From the NCBI RefSeq assembly GCF_009914755.1, contig NC_060941.1: 64,000 nucleotides of DNA. One strand, given 5' to 3'. The DNA is from the human T2T-CHM13v2.0 reference genome, Homo sapiens. The translations under genes were made by a program, and so were the position numbers. Below the pieces are notes generated by a model. That model saw only the letters and a program-made list of their open reading frames with translations. It searched no databases and had not been told where the DNA came from. This document shows positions 13,331 through 31,281 of this stretch, in pieces. Within the stretch, counting starts at the first letter, position 1. Every line of letters begins with the position of its first letter.

Positions 13331-15549
13331 TCTCTTGGTGAACTTGAACAGAGGCAGAGGCAAAAGCAAAACGTATGTATTTTGTCCAGAAAATTACCTA
13401 GTGTAGAGCTTTGCGTCTTCGTAGGTGTGGACGGAGACTCACGACTGAAGGTTGCTAAATTGCGTTTTTCTTGGCTACTCAGGAGCGTACGTACCTGGCT
13501 GGGTCCCCTGCCTCCGGGTAACCTCGCTGGTGGTTTTCCTGAGCATTTGTGCGCCTGGGATGATGCCTGCTCTGCTGATCGGGAATGCGGGTGGGGAAGG
13601 GGACCGCTCTTCCTTCCGCTGAGCAGTGGGAAGGCTCATATAGGAGTTCTAGCCTCATAGCCCTGCACTGGGATCCAGCTGCTCCCCACACTGGCCCTGC
13701 CCCTGCAGCTCCCAAGATGGACAGATGCAGGACTCCGCTGTACTTTTCTAACATGAGATACCCGCATCCCTCTTGTTGCTGGAACAGCATGCTTAGGTTT
13801 ATGGAGGCACTTGGTTTATCCCACTTTGGCATCAGGAGTGGGGGCCTTTCTTTTTTCCTCTGATTTGCCTAGGTTGTCAGGCACAGAAAGTGAGGGTGGT
13901 GGGGAGTGAAAGTTACAGGAGATATAAAGCTGGCTTGCCCTGCGCTGTTTGCAATCACCCACTCCTGGTGGCTGCAGGTGCTGGGGAGAGAGCTAGGGGA
14001 GGTTTCCTTGGGCTATGGGAGAATGAGGTTTGTCTCTCTCAATCATGCCCCCACCCCCACACACTTAGATTGGCCCTCAGGAGATCCTCCGGGAAGGGGC
14101 CTCAACCGGCTGCCAGAGCTCAGGGTTTCTAGGAGGAAGAGCAGGAGCTCTCCCAGGCATGGGATCTGAAGGAGGCTTGGCGGTGGTTGGGCTGGTGGCT
14201 GAGCCTGACTGCCTCATCTTCTCCGCCAGAAGGCTCTCACCTGTGGCTGCATCCTCCAGGCCTCAGCAGGGCCATTTCCACAGCTCCTCTGTAAAAATGC
14301 CTTCTTCTGGGGTGAGGGGATCCCTCTCTTCAGTGGGCATTGTGCCCTATGGGGTACTGCCCTGTGGCCTGTGGCATGTCTGGTTGGAAGTGAAGAGAAG
14401 CTGGGATAAGGCAGAAGGCCAGACTCCTGTCTCTTCCTCCTGTCTTCCTAACCGAGCAGAAGTGGATATTCAGTGCCACTAGTGGGTCTGCTGCTGAAGC
14501 TTGAGCCTCCAACCTGATCAGTTTGGCCAGAGCACTGGGGAATGAGTCACAGAGCTGGTTCCTTATGGCATCAGCCTGAGCAGGCGACTCAGAGCCTCTG
14601 AATCCAGAGCCTCCAGGCCCTGATGGAACCCCTCCGAGCAGGGCCTCTAGGGAAGTGGTGTTTCTCATTATAGAAGCTCCAAGCTTGTACTCCCATCCAG
14701 CTCAGACCCCCATCAGCCTTGGTGAGACCAGCTCCCTGACTCTTTCTCTGGAGGTACAATGAGGTCAAGGCCAAGGACTTTGGGGCAGCTCAGTGTTTAG
14801 ACCTTCAGGGCCTTAGGCCTTAAAATGCAGGTGATAATCATATACACTAGCAGGGCCAGAGCTGGGCCCTAACATCCAGGGCTGCTCATCTGGGGAATGA
14901 GGGAATGAATGTGGCTTTCCGCTCACCACCTTCTCCCTGGGCCTCCTGGTCTGGCCTTCACATTCTTCCTTTAATCTCTCCTCATCATGGCTTTGACAAT
15001 CGTGCTGACATACGGCCTGAAAAATTATCGGAAGTGTGCCACTTGGAGAATGTGGTCAGGGAGGAACTCTGCATATGCCCTGCCTCCTGGTGTGGATGTG
15101 AGAAGTGGATGGAAGAATGGGCTGGATTCATTTCATCAGCTATGAAATACAGTGCACCTGCTGGTAGCTGTTAAGGCCCCTCCCCTTCACTTTGCTTCCC
15201 TTCCTTTGCTGCCGGAAGCCCCTGGAGATGTCAGCTCCCTTCTAGAGAGTGGCTCCCTTGACATGAGGGGGTCGAGAGTATTCTGAGGACAAGGATGTGC
15301 AGCAGGCTGTCTTGGCCTCTCTCCCATAGCCCGAGTGCCCAGTGGCAGCATCAAGTTGGGCAGGTCTGACTTTGGTTGGGCACTCCACTCACTTGTCCAC
15401 CTGTATCCAACTCACTCCGTGGGGTTTCAACACCTGTTTACCTTCCAGATTCTGGGATGGGCTTGAGACGACCCTTAAGCTTTCAGCACCAGGTGGAAGA
15501 AACACATGAATAAGTGAACAAAATAAGATTCTATAAAAGAGATAGCCCA

Positions 15550-15850
<301 letters not shown>

Positions 15851-18800
15851 AGAGATAACCCAGAGATAGGCTGGAAAAGGTTGCGACTGGCTGTTTCAAA
15901 AGTGAGAAAGGCTCCAAATCAGGCACCAGGAAAGGAAAAATGCCGGCCCCGGCGCTGGTGCTCTGTCTTTCTGTGTGGACCCAGCCTCCAGCATGGTGCT
16001 TGGAAGGATCTCTGTCCTTGGTATTGCACACATGAAGACCATGTGATATGGCTGGTGATGATATGCTCTGGAATCAGAGCGACTTAGCAATAGCCGTTTG
16101 TATTTGTTCAAGTTAATTGGCCTTCTCTGTCTCAGATTCTGCATCTGTATGATGGGGACGATAATGATTTTGGCCTCACAGATTTGTGGGAAGATCACTC
16201 ATTCATTTGTTCATCTGATCATTCATCCAATGCACTTGACAGTTGGTGAAAGTACCTGGAACTCTAATATGGTATGTTAAATTTTTTATTTATATGAACC
16301 CCAACAGTGGGTTAATTGAAGAGGTTTCCCTCCTTTGTGTGGAATGGAGTTTTGACCTATTATGTTTTATACCCTTTTAGCAACATATTAAAATTTTGAA
16401 TCTTTTTTCAAGCTCTGAAGTTCAAACTCTCAAGAGATTTGCCTCATCAAAGACAGGGATCCCACCCCATTTGCATTTCCCAGACCTTGTTCCCCCAAAG
16501 GGCCCAACAGATTTTTGTTTAGTGGGTCTCTTGCTTTTTCTCAGTCTCCAAGACCCAGAGTTGTTAGGCCTGTCAGTAATGGCAGCATGGCCCTGAGCAT
16601 CGAAGGATGTCCAGTCCAGCAGGCACTTATTTTCAGGGGCATTCCCTGTGCCCCACCCAGAGGTGGGCAGAGGCACTGACTGTGCCTTTGACAGGCCTAC
16701 AGGCTGGAAGGAGAGGTAGGGACATTAGCAGGGAACCCTGACTCAAGACCACACACTACCCAGGCACAGTTTGTAGCAGCAGCCTTGCTGCTTAGTGCCT
16801 AGCACTGAGGAGTGGTTCTGCTCCAGAGATCAGGGAGGCTTCATGGAAGAGGAGGCATGGGAGCTGAACCTTGATGGCCTGAAGCATTTCAGAGCCGTGA
16901 GATGGGGCACAAGCATCCCTGGCTGGTGGAAGGGCATGCGTGAGGGTGCTTGACGCCTCTCTCGCTAACCAGGTGATGCTCTGGTGGGATACAGGGCTTG
17001 CTTGTCAATCCCTGGGAAGCCATTACAGGCTGTGGCATCATTAGCTCCTCATATTAGAAAGATCACTTTCTTAGATGGAAAGGGGACAGTCTTTTGGAGA
17101 GGGGATGGGGTACAGAAGCCAGGCGCTATGCCTGAGCGGGGTAGGGGCAGGGGCAAGGGGAAAGTCACAGGAGGGGAATCCAGGAGCTGTGAGCCCAGCT
17201 GGAGGCTCCTGCATGTACTCTGCCCGGGTCCTGAAGCTGAGACCCCCTGGCTGCCAGTCACTGAGGCTGAGGCTTCGAGCTTCTAGGACCCAGAAGCCCA
17301 TCACCTTGTCTAGAGAGCAACGTTCTGGGCCCTATTCTTGTCGCTGGGGCTCCTGCCCTGCAAAGAGCAGGCAGCTCCAAGTCCCAAGAGGTTTGCAGCC
17401 CTTGCTGCAGCTGCCACAGTAGCTGAGATCCTTCTGGGGATGTCTGGTGTCATTTTCCCTTCAGCTGCCTCTGCCTGTTCTCTCTGACCGGGGGTCACGG
17501 GGAGGTTGAGTCATCTGACTGAACCCCAGTGGCCACTGGCTGCACCTGGGCCAGCTCCGAGTTCTATCTTGCAGCCCCCAGCCCCAGGGACTGCCTCCTC
17601 TCCTCTCCCTGCTGCCACCCCTCAGTCTCTGGACCCCTAGCCTGGCTGAGAAGTGGCCACCTGACCAGCCCAAGCCACCCATCATTCAGGCTGGGCAGTT
17701 GCTGCTCCCTCGGTCCCAGATGGCAACAAAGTAATAGACAAAAGCTCAGGTTGTCTGAATATCCAGGTGCTCTGGGCTCCTGCTCCCTCCCTGAGACTTC
17801 CAGAAGCCCATTTGTTCTGTTACTCTCTTCTCATGCTTGACAGGGAACTCAGAATCTCCCTCCCCAGGCCCTGCTCTTCTGTAGGGTGACCCCAGGACAG
17901 GGCAGTGGGTGTGCACCTTTGTCCAGCCCTGGCGTGCCCCCTCTACCCCCAATAAGGCCAAGCCCCAGGCAGGGATAGAACCCCTCTAGCCTCCCCCTGA
18001 AGCACTCTGCAGGGTTCCAAGATGGGAGGTGCCCACAGGAAGCACACCTTGGGGAAAAATTCTCCAGACTTTCAGAGGGGAGGGGCCCCAGGCTGCCTCC
18101 CAGTCCCAGTGGGCTGGGGCGGGAACACTCACGGACAAGGCACTGTCTGGAAGGCTTGGCTGGGGAGACACCATGTGTGGCATCATCTCTAGGAGCTTTG
18201 GCCCGGCATGACTTCAAAAAGGTGCTGACAGAGGCGCACTAAACTCCTCTCAAGAATAAATCTTGCCTCGTGTGAAACCGGAGCTGGGATGGGGAGAGAA
18301 ATAGGAAGCTTCGTGGGCATAATGTAGGCCCTGGGAGCAGGTGGCCTGGTCTGAGTGCTGGCCCTGAGCTGTCTGGCTTTAGGCAGTGTGCATCACCTGG
18401 CTGAGCTTCAGAGACCTCAGTGCTCAAATGGGGTATGCGGGGCATTTGCTTGGTGGGTTGTCTGGAGGAAATGAGATGGTGCAGGTAAAGTGCACAGCCC
18501 AGTTCAACCTATTCACACTGCAAATGCTTCATAAATGGTGGCATTGACAAAGCAATTGCTAACAGCAGTCTCAGCATGGGGATCAGCTGTGAGCAAGAGT
18601 GGGATCCTGGGTGCACTCCAGGGACTGTGGGGGCTCAGAGCTGGGGAGAGGCCTCTTGAGTCTGACTTCACCAGTGGCACAGCTACTACAGGCCCGTCCT
18701 CCGGCTTTTCCTTGCTTGCCTCTTTTGCATTCATAACCAATCCATGCCACAGTCTGTAGGGAACAGAGTAGCGGAGGTTTCATGTCCACTCCCTAATTCG

Positions 18801-18969
18801 ATCCCATAAAGCATATTTACCCCCATTTAATGGACAATGAGCCTGAGGCCCTGCCCTGTGCAATGCTTTGCTCGAGGTAGGTTTACTGTCATGGACAGCC
18901 TGCTGGCTTTCGGATGTAGTGGGTATAGCTGATGGCCTCCCAGGCCCTATGCAGATGAGCAGTGGCTAG

Positions 18970-19586
<617 letters not shown>

Positions 19587-20389
19587 CTTTTGTTTCTCCC
19601 TACCAGTCTACCCGCAATGAGTTTTCCAGGCTAGGAATCTGCTTTGTGATTTTAAAAGTTGGGAGTGCAGCCTGCTTCATAGAAGACCTGGGCCATGGAA
19701 ATCTGGCCTGCACGTGGCTGTCTGTTGTGTCCACACCAGCACCCACCTCCCCAGACCAGGGAAACCCCTTCTGGGAAGGGGGAGCGCCAGAAAATACTTT
19801 GGAGGACCTTGGGACCCTGTGTGAGATGTATTGAATCCTGATTCATCAGCTCTGACCACTCCTCACCCCAGCCCTACTTGTATTGTATATCCAAATCCTA
19901 TCTAGAAAGTCTATACGGAATTCACCAGTATACCCTGCCTTCAAAATTCCGAATTGTTGAACTCCTGCCTGCCTTTCTGCTCCATCTCATCAGAAAACTT
20001 TTCACAGCAGGAGTGCTACCCTCTTCCCTTCAGTTATACAGGATTAATGTGCTCCCTAGTTTGTAACCGGAGCCCCTTTGTGAGCAGACCTGGAGACCCC
20101 TCCTCATAGAATTACATCACAGAAAGGATGACATAAAGCTCAGCCCAGGCACTCTTGTTAACTCCATGCGTCTGAAAGCCCTCAGCTCCGTTAAGCTGTG
20201 TTCCTGGACCGCCTGGGGGCCTGTGCCTATGCACTGCTCCATCTCTCCCATGTTTCAGGCTTCATCCATGGCTCTGGGTAAGTGGAATTTGAGATTTCAC
20301 TGCCCTGACTCCATAGGAGCAGGTTTCTGATGTCAGGATTTGCGTATCAATTTATCTGTGGTCTCGTTCATTTTTAAGATGTATTCATA

Positions 20390-21050
20390 AACAATGATCA
20401 CTGAGCATCCACACTCCCAGGCCTCATGCTGGGGCTGGGGTCAGGAAAATGAATGAGGCATGGCCTCTACCCCTAAGGAGATTACAGACTTTGGAGGGTA
20501 ACCGACAAGTAGATGGACAGTTCTGATCAACCCCGGGATGGTGAGTGCTGGGCTGAGGGTCAGCAGGGGCTGTGGAAAGACTGAGGAATCTTCAGGGAAG
20601 CTTTCTCTGAGGAACAATATCTGGCCTGAGCCTTAGAGGATACACAGGGATTTGATAAGTGAAGAGGAAGGAAACAGCATAAATAAAGGGTAGCTTGTGC
20701 AAAGGCACCGAGGCAGATGTGCTGTGGTTCCGGTTCCCGGTGGCTCTGCTGGAATGTGGAGGGTGTGTGTGTGTGTGTGTGCGTGTGTGTGCGTGCATGC
20801 ATGCGTGTGCATGTGAGATGGGGAAGCCAAAGGAAGAGACCTGGCAAGAGATGAGGCTGGATGGGCTGGATCATGAAGGGGCCCTTGTGTGTCATGCTAA
20901 GGAGCTTAGAGTTTATCCAGTAACCACAGGGGGCTATTGAACGGGGTTTTAAGCAGGGACGCGCCATGATCAGATGTGCATGTTAGGAGGATCACCCTGG
21001 CAGCCTTGTGGAAGATGGATTGGAGGGTCCAAAGCTGGAGGCAGAGAGAT
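20390..21050. mobile_element. L2 relic containing a (TG)n tract
   Basis: tgagcatccac...tgcaaaggcaccgaggcag...ggttttaagcaggg...gatcagatgtgc typical of L2; (TG/CG)n at 20763-20815. Confidence 0.55.
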
Positions 21051-22571
21051 CAGTCAGGATTTCTTGGGATTTTCTCTGTGGTTTTACAAATCTGATGAGG
21101 TTGTCTGGGGTGGGCCTGGCAGACATATCAGCCTAGAAAATAGAAGCTCTGGAGAACCGTCTGCAATTTCCCAACCCAGAGTTTAATTCCACCTTCATTT
21201 GCTGATTACTGAGTCTGCTACCTCCGCCCCAGCCTAAAGGACCAGCCGACCCAGATTTCCAGATCTCTGCTCTCCCCGAGGGCCTCGGAACCTGGCGACC
21301 CTCGCCATTTACTCAGAGAGGGTCATGCCTATCTGGGGTCTTTGTCCGAAGCCTCCAAGCTTTCTGGGGGCCTGGAATGCCAGCCCAAACATTGTCCTTC
21401 CTCTCACACCCGCTGTCTGTCCCTGGTGCACAGAGTAGCCATTGAGTGGCTGCACAGGCCTGGCGGGGGGCCCGGACCAAGTTAGTTACGGGCAGTGGCT
21501 TAGTCACGCTTCTAGGGGCCTTTTTTTCTGGGATAAGCCTGTCCTTGTGCTAAGGGCTTTGCTCACGCAACAGCCCAGGTCGTGGCAGCTGCAAAACCCT
21601 CTCCCAACCCCAACAGCACACTTCAGAGGTGCCGCCAATGAGAACCGAAACCCAGAGTGACAGCTGAGTCCTGGGGAGTGGAGAGACCCATGGAAGGCAG
21701 ATCAGAGAGCCTTCTGCCTTCTCTTCTCTGGGTGCTCAGCCTCTGTTTGCAGGTGCACGGCTCAGGCGCTACCCTGGTCCTTTGATTCTGGCCTCTGGAG
21801 TCCAGGAGGCCTGGGAAGGCTACACAAGCCCCTCCCTCCCCTGGGCCCCATCCTGTGTGAAAGCCAATGACCAGCCTGTGCAGAAGCTCCTTCCAACCCA
21901 GGCTCACAGTTCCAGTGCACCCCTGGGAGTCAGCTGATTGCATGCATATATCAAGCATCTGCAACATAGTCCTGCCTGGGCTAGGTACATTTATATGTGG
22001 TAGTGTCTCATTGCAGGCTGGGCCATGCAGTCATTGAGAGTCCAGGCTCCGAACACAGACTCTTCAAAACCTTGGCTCTCCTGTTTACCAGCTGTGTGGC
22101 TTGGGAAAAACTAGCTAATATGCCTTCTTTTGCCAGTTTCCTCATCTGTGTAACAGGGATATGATATCTCTAGGTTGTTGGATTGGTTTCAGGGTTAAGT
22201 GAGATAATATGTAAAGTGTTTAGCTGAGTGCTTGACACACAGGAAGGGCTGAGGAAGAGCCCCTGCTGCTGTTCCTCCTCCCCCTTATTGATATTGCTGT
22301 CATCACTGACTCCTCATTATTCCTCAAGGGGAGAGCTGTTGTCCCCATTTTACAGATGGGGAAGCTGAGGCCCAGCAAGGTTAAGCAACCTACCCAGTGT
22401 CACACAGCTGGCCAGTAACAAAGCTGGGATTTAAACCTGGCTTTGTCCAGTGCTCCTGCAACACAGCTGGTCCTTGGATAAAGCAAGCACAGGGTGAGGG
22501 GTGTCCCAGCCTGGGAGTGCCAGGTAGTGGACCCGCCTATTACATCTCGGTGCTCTTTCTCCACCTTCCAG

Positions 22572-24205
<1,634 letters not shown>

Positions 24206-24392
24206 AGGACAGAGGCCCCGGTATATTATTTGGCACTCTAACTGGCAGCTATTATGACTTAATAAAAGCAGCTAATGCATATGGGATTTCCTATGCACCT
24301 GTAAGTCTGCTGTTTACAGGTATTATTATTATATCGCAGTTTTACAGGTAAAGAAACCAAGGCATGGAGAAGTTGAGTCAATTGCCAAGGTT

Positions 24393-24620
24393 ATTCTCTT
24401 AGTGTGGGTTCCCTAGAAGCAAACTCTGAAACCAGGATTCACGTGCATCCAGTATATTTGGGATGTGATCCCAGGGAACACTAGTGGGGGCGCGGGAAGT
24501 GGGACAGGGAAGGGAAGGCAGCCAGTGAAGGGTGTGTTATCAAGCAGGTTACAAATGGGCAACCAGACTTCATCCGGCTGGAGGCTCAGTACCAGAGCAG
24601 AATACACATCTCAAAGGACC
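24393..24620. mobile_element. Ancient ERVL-class LTR fragment (subfamily uncertain)
   Basis: gggttccctagaagcaaactctga...tttgggatgtgatcccagg...gacagggaagggaaggcagcc pattern. Confidence 0.4.
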
Positions 24621-25698
24621 CGCTGGAAGTGGCAGGCCTGGGAGACATGGAAGGGACACGGCAGGGTCTACCATCGTCACACTGCTGGATGCCAGCGTGG
24701 GGACAGTCTGGCTCCGGGTTGGAGCTGTTTATGCTGAATTATGCAGACTCTCTCTGCAGGGTGCAGCAAATGTGCCTGGTGCTTGGGGAGCTCCCAGTAA
24801 GCGTGGAAGTTGTTGTTGGAGGGTGACTGAGCTCAGTCAGCTTCTCAGCATCCCTGTCACCACCTCACTGGGCCCTGCACCCGAAGTCAGAAGAGGAACT
24901 GCTCTCTGGACTGTAATAAGTGTGGCCAGAGCACAGTGGACCACCTGGCAGAATATAAAAGGAGATGAGGCAGGAGGAGCACTGGGGCCTGGGTTAGGGA
25001 GGGCCACGAGTGCCAGGCCTAGGAGTTTGGCTTTATTTTGATCATGACGAGAAGGTTCTGTGGAAGAGAACGGAGCCCAAGCTGTCCTTACTTTAGGAGA
25101 CTGACTGGTAGCTCAGTCAAATAAAGACTGGAGGGCTGTGGGTTCATGTCGCTGTGGAAGGAAGTTCCTTCAGAAATCATTCAGGCCATTGCACTTGCTG
25201 TAGGATTTCTCAGCAAGGCTCGTGTGTCAGAAGGGAGGGAGGAATGAGGAGCTGATGCTTCAGCTCATTTGACACAGGCATGATTTCTGCAAACTCTCCG
25301 CAACACACCAAGAGACTGGGTCTCTGTGCAGGTTTTATCAGTGAAACTTCTTTGGACTAAAGTATACTTGACCGGCAGGAGTCAACGTTACTTGAGAGGA
25401 AGCCATGTAAAATGCACACGTTTTAAAAATAGACCTGTGTATTGCCACTTATTGGGCATGTGACCTTGGGCATAGTGGGCTCAGTTCCTCTCTTCATTGC
25501 CTTCATTCCACGCTTACTGATGAGCCACCAAATGACTCTTCACGTGTGCACCTCACTGTGCCCTGGAGGAGCTCGGTCTGGTGATAGAGTCAGATATGCA
25601 CCCAAATTATTTCTACAAAGCACGACCGAGGTCTGCTAGAGGCACGTGCGAAGTGGGCTGTGGACTCAGTGAGAAGTGACCTTTATAACTGACCAGCA

Positions 25699-26066
<368 letters not shown>

Positions 26067-28452
26067 TCAGGGAACCAGTGAGCCCCCCTTTACTTTAAGT
26101 TACCCCTAATGACTTACAGAAGTGATGGAAGGGGCTCTAGTAAAAGCTAGAGAGATTGTGGCTAGATATAAGCAGGACTGATATCCAAATTTATATACCA
26201 CTATGGTCTTATCAGTTGTTAAAATAATTATAATACTTCCAGGTTGGCTGGTAAATGGTTGCTGCCCTGGGCCGCTGGGGTGCCATCTACACTCTGGCTG
26301 CCTCCCCAGTGGCTCCCAGACCTCCCCCTTATCCAGCAAAGAGAGGGTTAATGTGATTCCAGTGCCAAATGGTGGCAATTCTGAATGGTCAGTGCCCTCC
26401 ATAGGTTGTCAAGTATTGTGAATGTGTGCCAGGACCGAAGGAAGAATTTGCTCTCCTTTGAACAGCAAAACAACCAAGTCTGGGGAGGCTGTGCTCTCAT
26501 GGTCATCAGAGAATGGGGGAAGGCAGGGTGCTGGCCTGCAATCCCTGTGGGCCCCTTCCTGTCGTGGGGCTCCATGGGCCAAGCACAGCCAGTCCGGCCT
26601 CACTGGTGGAGAGTAGCCTGCAGCCCAGCCCTCAGGACAGCTGCTGGGGCCTCAAACAAAGCGGGTGTCTCTTTGTGGCCCGGGCAGCCCGCCATCCTCC
26701 TGAAAGGGGATCCTGTAAGGCGCGGAAGCTGCAGGAGGCTCCATCAATCACTGAGCATTTCATTATACCTTGGACAACATCCATAATGGAATAAAATGTC
26801 TGTAAGTTTACTAGGGGAAAAATAGTAACTTCTCCATAGCCAGTTTGTTTTTTATTGATAGTAATTTCCAAAGACATTCCAATATCTTCAAAGCCGTCGT
26901 TACTAGCCTCACGGTATGTCCATTTTGATGTGCAAATGAACAGATGCAGAGTGACAGACAATAATGCAATGCCTCCATTTCAGCTGAAAGGAATAAATCC
27001 GCCTCAGAGTGGGTCCCAGTGTATCCCTCGGAAGTTCTTTCTTTCCTGAACATTCTCGCCTCTGTCGGGGAGTTAGAAAAGCTGTTCATTCTGCGTCCAG
27101 ATAAAAGAGCTCGCCTCCTCTTTTATCCCCGTCGCACACTGAGACGGGGCCAGCCAGGCCCGGGCTCGCCCTCCACGCCGGTGAGCTCCATCAAATGGCC
27201 AGCTGGTCACAGGTGGGCCACTCCCTGTTTCCAGAAGAACCAGAGCCTGACTGCTTGAAACAATTTTTTTTCTCTCTTTTATTAACGTGTTAATTATTCA
27301 GCTAATATTTACTGATCCATCCATCACACGTCCCAGGTTAGAGTGTAGGATCAGAATAATAATGGCTGTTATTTATTTGGACATCTGTTATGTGCCAAGC
27401 ATTGTATTGTATAGACATACATCTGTTATCTCATTTAATTTAATCTTCAAACAGCCTTATGATGTAAGTGCCGCTATCACTGTTTTAATGATGAAGAATT
27501 TGAGTTTCTGGGAAGAAAAGTAATTTAAATGTTTTCATTATTAATAACAATATATTAACAGTAAAAACAATCGCTGCTGAGTAATTACTGCATGCCAAGC
27601 CTTGTATTAGACATTTTACATGTGTTACCTTATGGAATTTTCACAACTACCTCATGGAATTGGAACCGTATCCCCATTTTATAGATGGGGAAGTTGAGGC
27701 TCAGAGAGAGGCAGCTGCACATCCCAGCTTGCACAGCCAGATAGTGGTGGAGCCTATTCCCAAAGGCTGTCTCCATCCACTTCCTCAGAAGCATGTACAG
27801 CCTGGGAAGCATGTACAGCCACGTGCAGTCTCAGTCTGGGAAGGTCTTGAGCCCAAGCACCTTGAAAACCTTGTGGTTAATTTCCCATCTACAATGATAA
27901 ATGTTTAATAATCCTGAGCTTATGCTTTGGCTGTTTAATTGAAAGCTGAAATGGAACTTCTTTGCTGAGCAACCCATCAGAAATTTCTCAAATATTAGTT
28001 TTCTTTTACTAAGTAGGCAGGCAGAGGAGAAGGATCCATTCTCACTGACCCGGGTGAAAGCTCTGTGCAGTGGTCCGTGCTGGTGGCGGTGGACCTGAGA
28101 CTTACAGAAGTAGAGAGATGCACGTGGGACTGGATGTCTGGGCAGTGGAGGGCAGTAGCATGTGCCTGTGGGCGTGGCCATGTGTGCTGATGGGCGTCCC
28201 CAGATGAAGGTGACCTCAAGAGGCTCAGAGCCTGGCTGGGAACCAGACCCTTTGGCAAACACTGGAGAAGGTGGCCGTTGTTCCCTCCTCAGCCCTGGGG
28301 TTCTGTGGTCCGAGGGTCTCCTGGGTCCCTTGGGTCTTGGTGTGGTGGGGAGTCCTGTCTCCTGCCATCTCGCTTGTTCTCCTCTGCTTTGCCTTAACCT
28401 GGGGCCCTGGATATTGCACCTTGGTGCAGTCAGTAAGACCGTCCTGACTTCA

Positions 28453-28476
28453 TATATATATATATATATATATATA
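28453..28476. repeat. (TA)n microsatellite
   Basis: Direct reading. Confidence 0.95.
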
Positions 28477-28531
28477 CTTATGTACTTCATGCATTACTGC
28501 TAGTCCCCATGGATAATAAATAGTACTATAA

Positions 28532-29146
<615 letters not shown>

Positions 29147-30135
29147 TAATTTCTCTGGAGGCAGTGGTGCGCTCCCCAGGTGACATGAATGAGCGGAACG
29201 CGGCCCTTCCTGGGGAGACGTGCAGCGTGTTTATCACAGGTGCCCGATCCAGATCTCGGCGCAGCTATTGTGGGTGTGCGTTCACGGCTTGGGGACTGTG
29301 TGACGGCGTGTTTGCAAATTCCCATGCCGCTCCTTCAAAACACTGGTGCGCGTGACATTTACATGCCTACCCGCGTTTGCATCAGGACTGCCATCTCCCA
29401 ACTTCTCTGTGCATCTCTGGGAGATGTCTCCCTCCCTCGGGGTGGCAGGGCAGGGCTGTGACAGACTCTCACTGGCGCGTGCACGGCTGGCTTCTCACTG
29501 CAGCATGAGTGTCCCCAGTATCCCCTTCCAGGGATGTGTGCAGGTGACCAGCCTGGAGAGGCCTCTGCGGTCACTTGGCCCTGTTGTTTCCCACACAGGA
29601 CACTTGCTCCCATTCTTAACAGACTCTGCGGACACACTCCAGAGATGGGGTCTTACTCCCTCTTGGGACGACAGACTTTATCTTGAAATAGCTTTCCCCG
29701 TTTGAAAGATCTTCCTTAAATTTGCTAAAATCAAACTTGCCCTAACTGATTTCTTCTCTCTGGCCCCCAAGGAGGCAACGACCCTGTCTCTCAGGGCATT
29801 TGCCAAGGTAGAGAGGCCTCTCTGAGCCCAGGGAGGGCAGGGCTAGAGAGGAGGGGTAGAGTCCATGAGAGGTAATCCAGCCTTCCCAACTTCTGAGTTG
29901 GGGTAGTGGAAGAAAGCAGTGGTCAGGCCGACGCCTGGCTCCTGGCAGAGCCGTCAGGGTGGACAGTGGGCCATTAAAAAAGAGAAAATGGGCAGGAAAC
30001 AAACAAGTGGGAGGTGTCAGATGCTCACTTTGCTCAGCACTGAGTGGGAGGGAGGTAGCCTGCAGCACTCATCTCCCGGGTTTCTCTGAGAGTGGCCTTG
30101 GCCAGGAAGGCAGAGGTTCCCCTGGCTTTTCCTAA

Positions 30136-30306
<171 letters not shown>

Positions 30307-30463
30307 TGAGTGCTGGGGCCCTGGACTGTTGATTCTAGAGGCAGGAAGGTCCAGGGACAGTTCCAGAATGAGGAGGCATATCAGCTACCAGTTGGCTGTC
30401 ATAGCATAATTGGAACTCACTGCTCAGATCCCAGTTTTCCAGAAGAAAGGAAGTTTGTTGGCA

Positions 30464-30594
30464 GATGACCTGGGTGCCGGGAGCTGGGTGCTGGGTGATG
30501 GCCTGGGTGCTGAGAGCTGGGTGACCGCCTGGGTGCTGGGAGTTGGGTGATGACCTGGGTGCTGGGAGCTTGGGTGCTGGTGCTGGGTGCAGGG
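30464..30594. repeat. G-rich minisatellite (cctgggtgctgggagctgggtga-like units)
   Basis: About four to five degenerate units with many GGG runs. Confidence 0.85.
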
Positions 30595-30920
30595 AGATGC
30601 GACTTCCAGTCCAGCCATAGCAGGGACTCAGCGTGTGACTTTGATGAGTTCTTTTCCTTCTCTGGGCCTCAGTTTACTTATATATTTTACAATAAGATAA
30701 AGGGCTTTAACTGAGATTTCTCTGAGAGGATCTTTCCAGCTCTGGTAGGAAAAGTATTTTCACCTTGTGTCTATAACAAGGTTTACTTTTTCTGATACTT
30801 CCAGCTCACCCAGTAGTTGCCAGACACTTGTCATGTGCCAGGGAAATGGTTCCTAATGTCAAGGCCCTCACAACTGACTGTGTGTCTGTGTGTGCTGCAC
30901 ACACACACACACACATCTGA

Positions 30921-31281
<361 letters not shown>

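Noticed and set aside
15482-15502. REST/NRSE site (TTCAGCACC; also ~60766 and CACCACGGACA ~62313)
   Set aside because: Only half-sites; no full TTCAGCACCnnGGACAG at canonical spacing.
27831-28490. 219-aa minus-strand ORF
   Set aside because: Starts in a (TA)n repeat, has no recognisable domain and no splice or promoter support.
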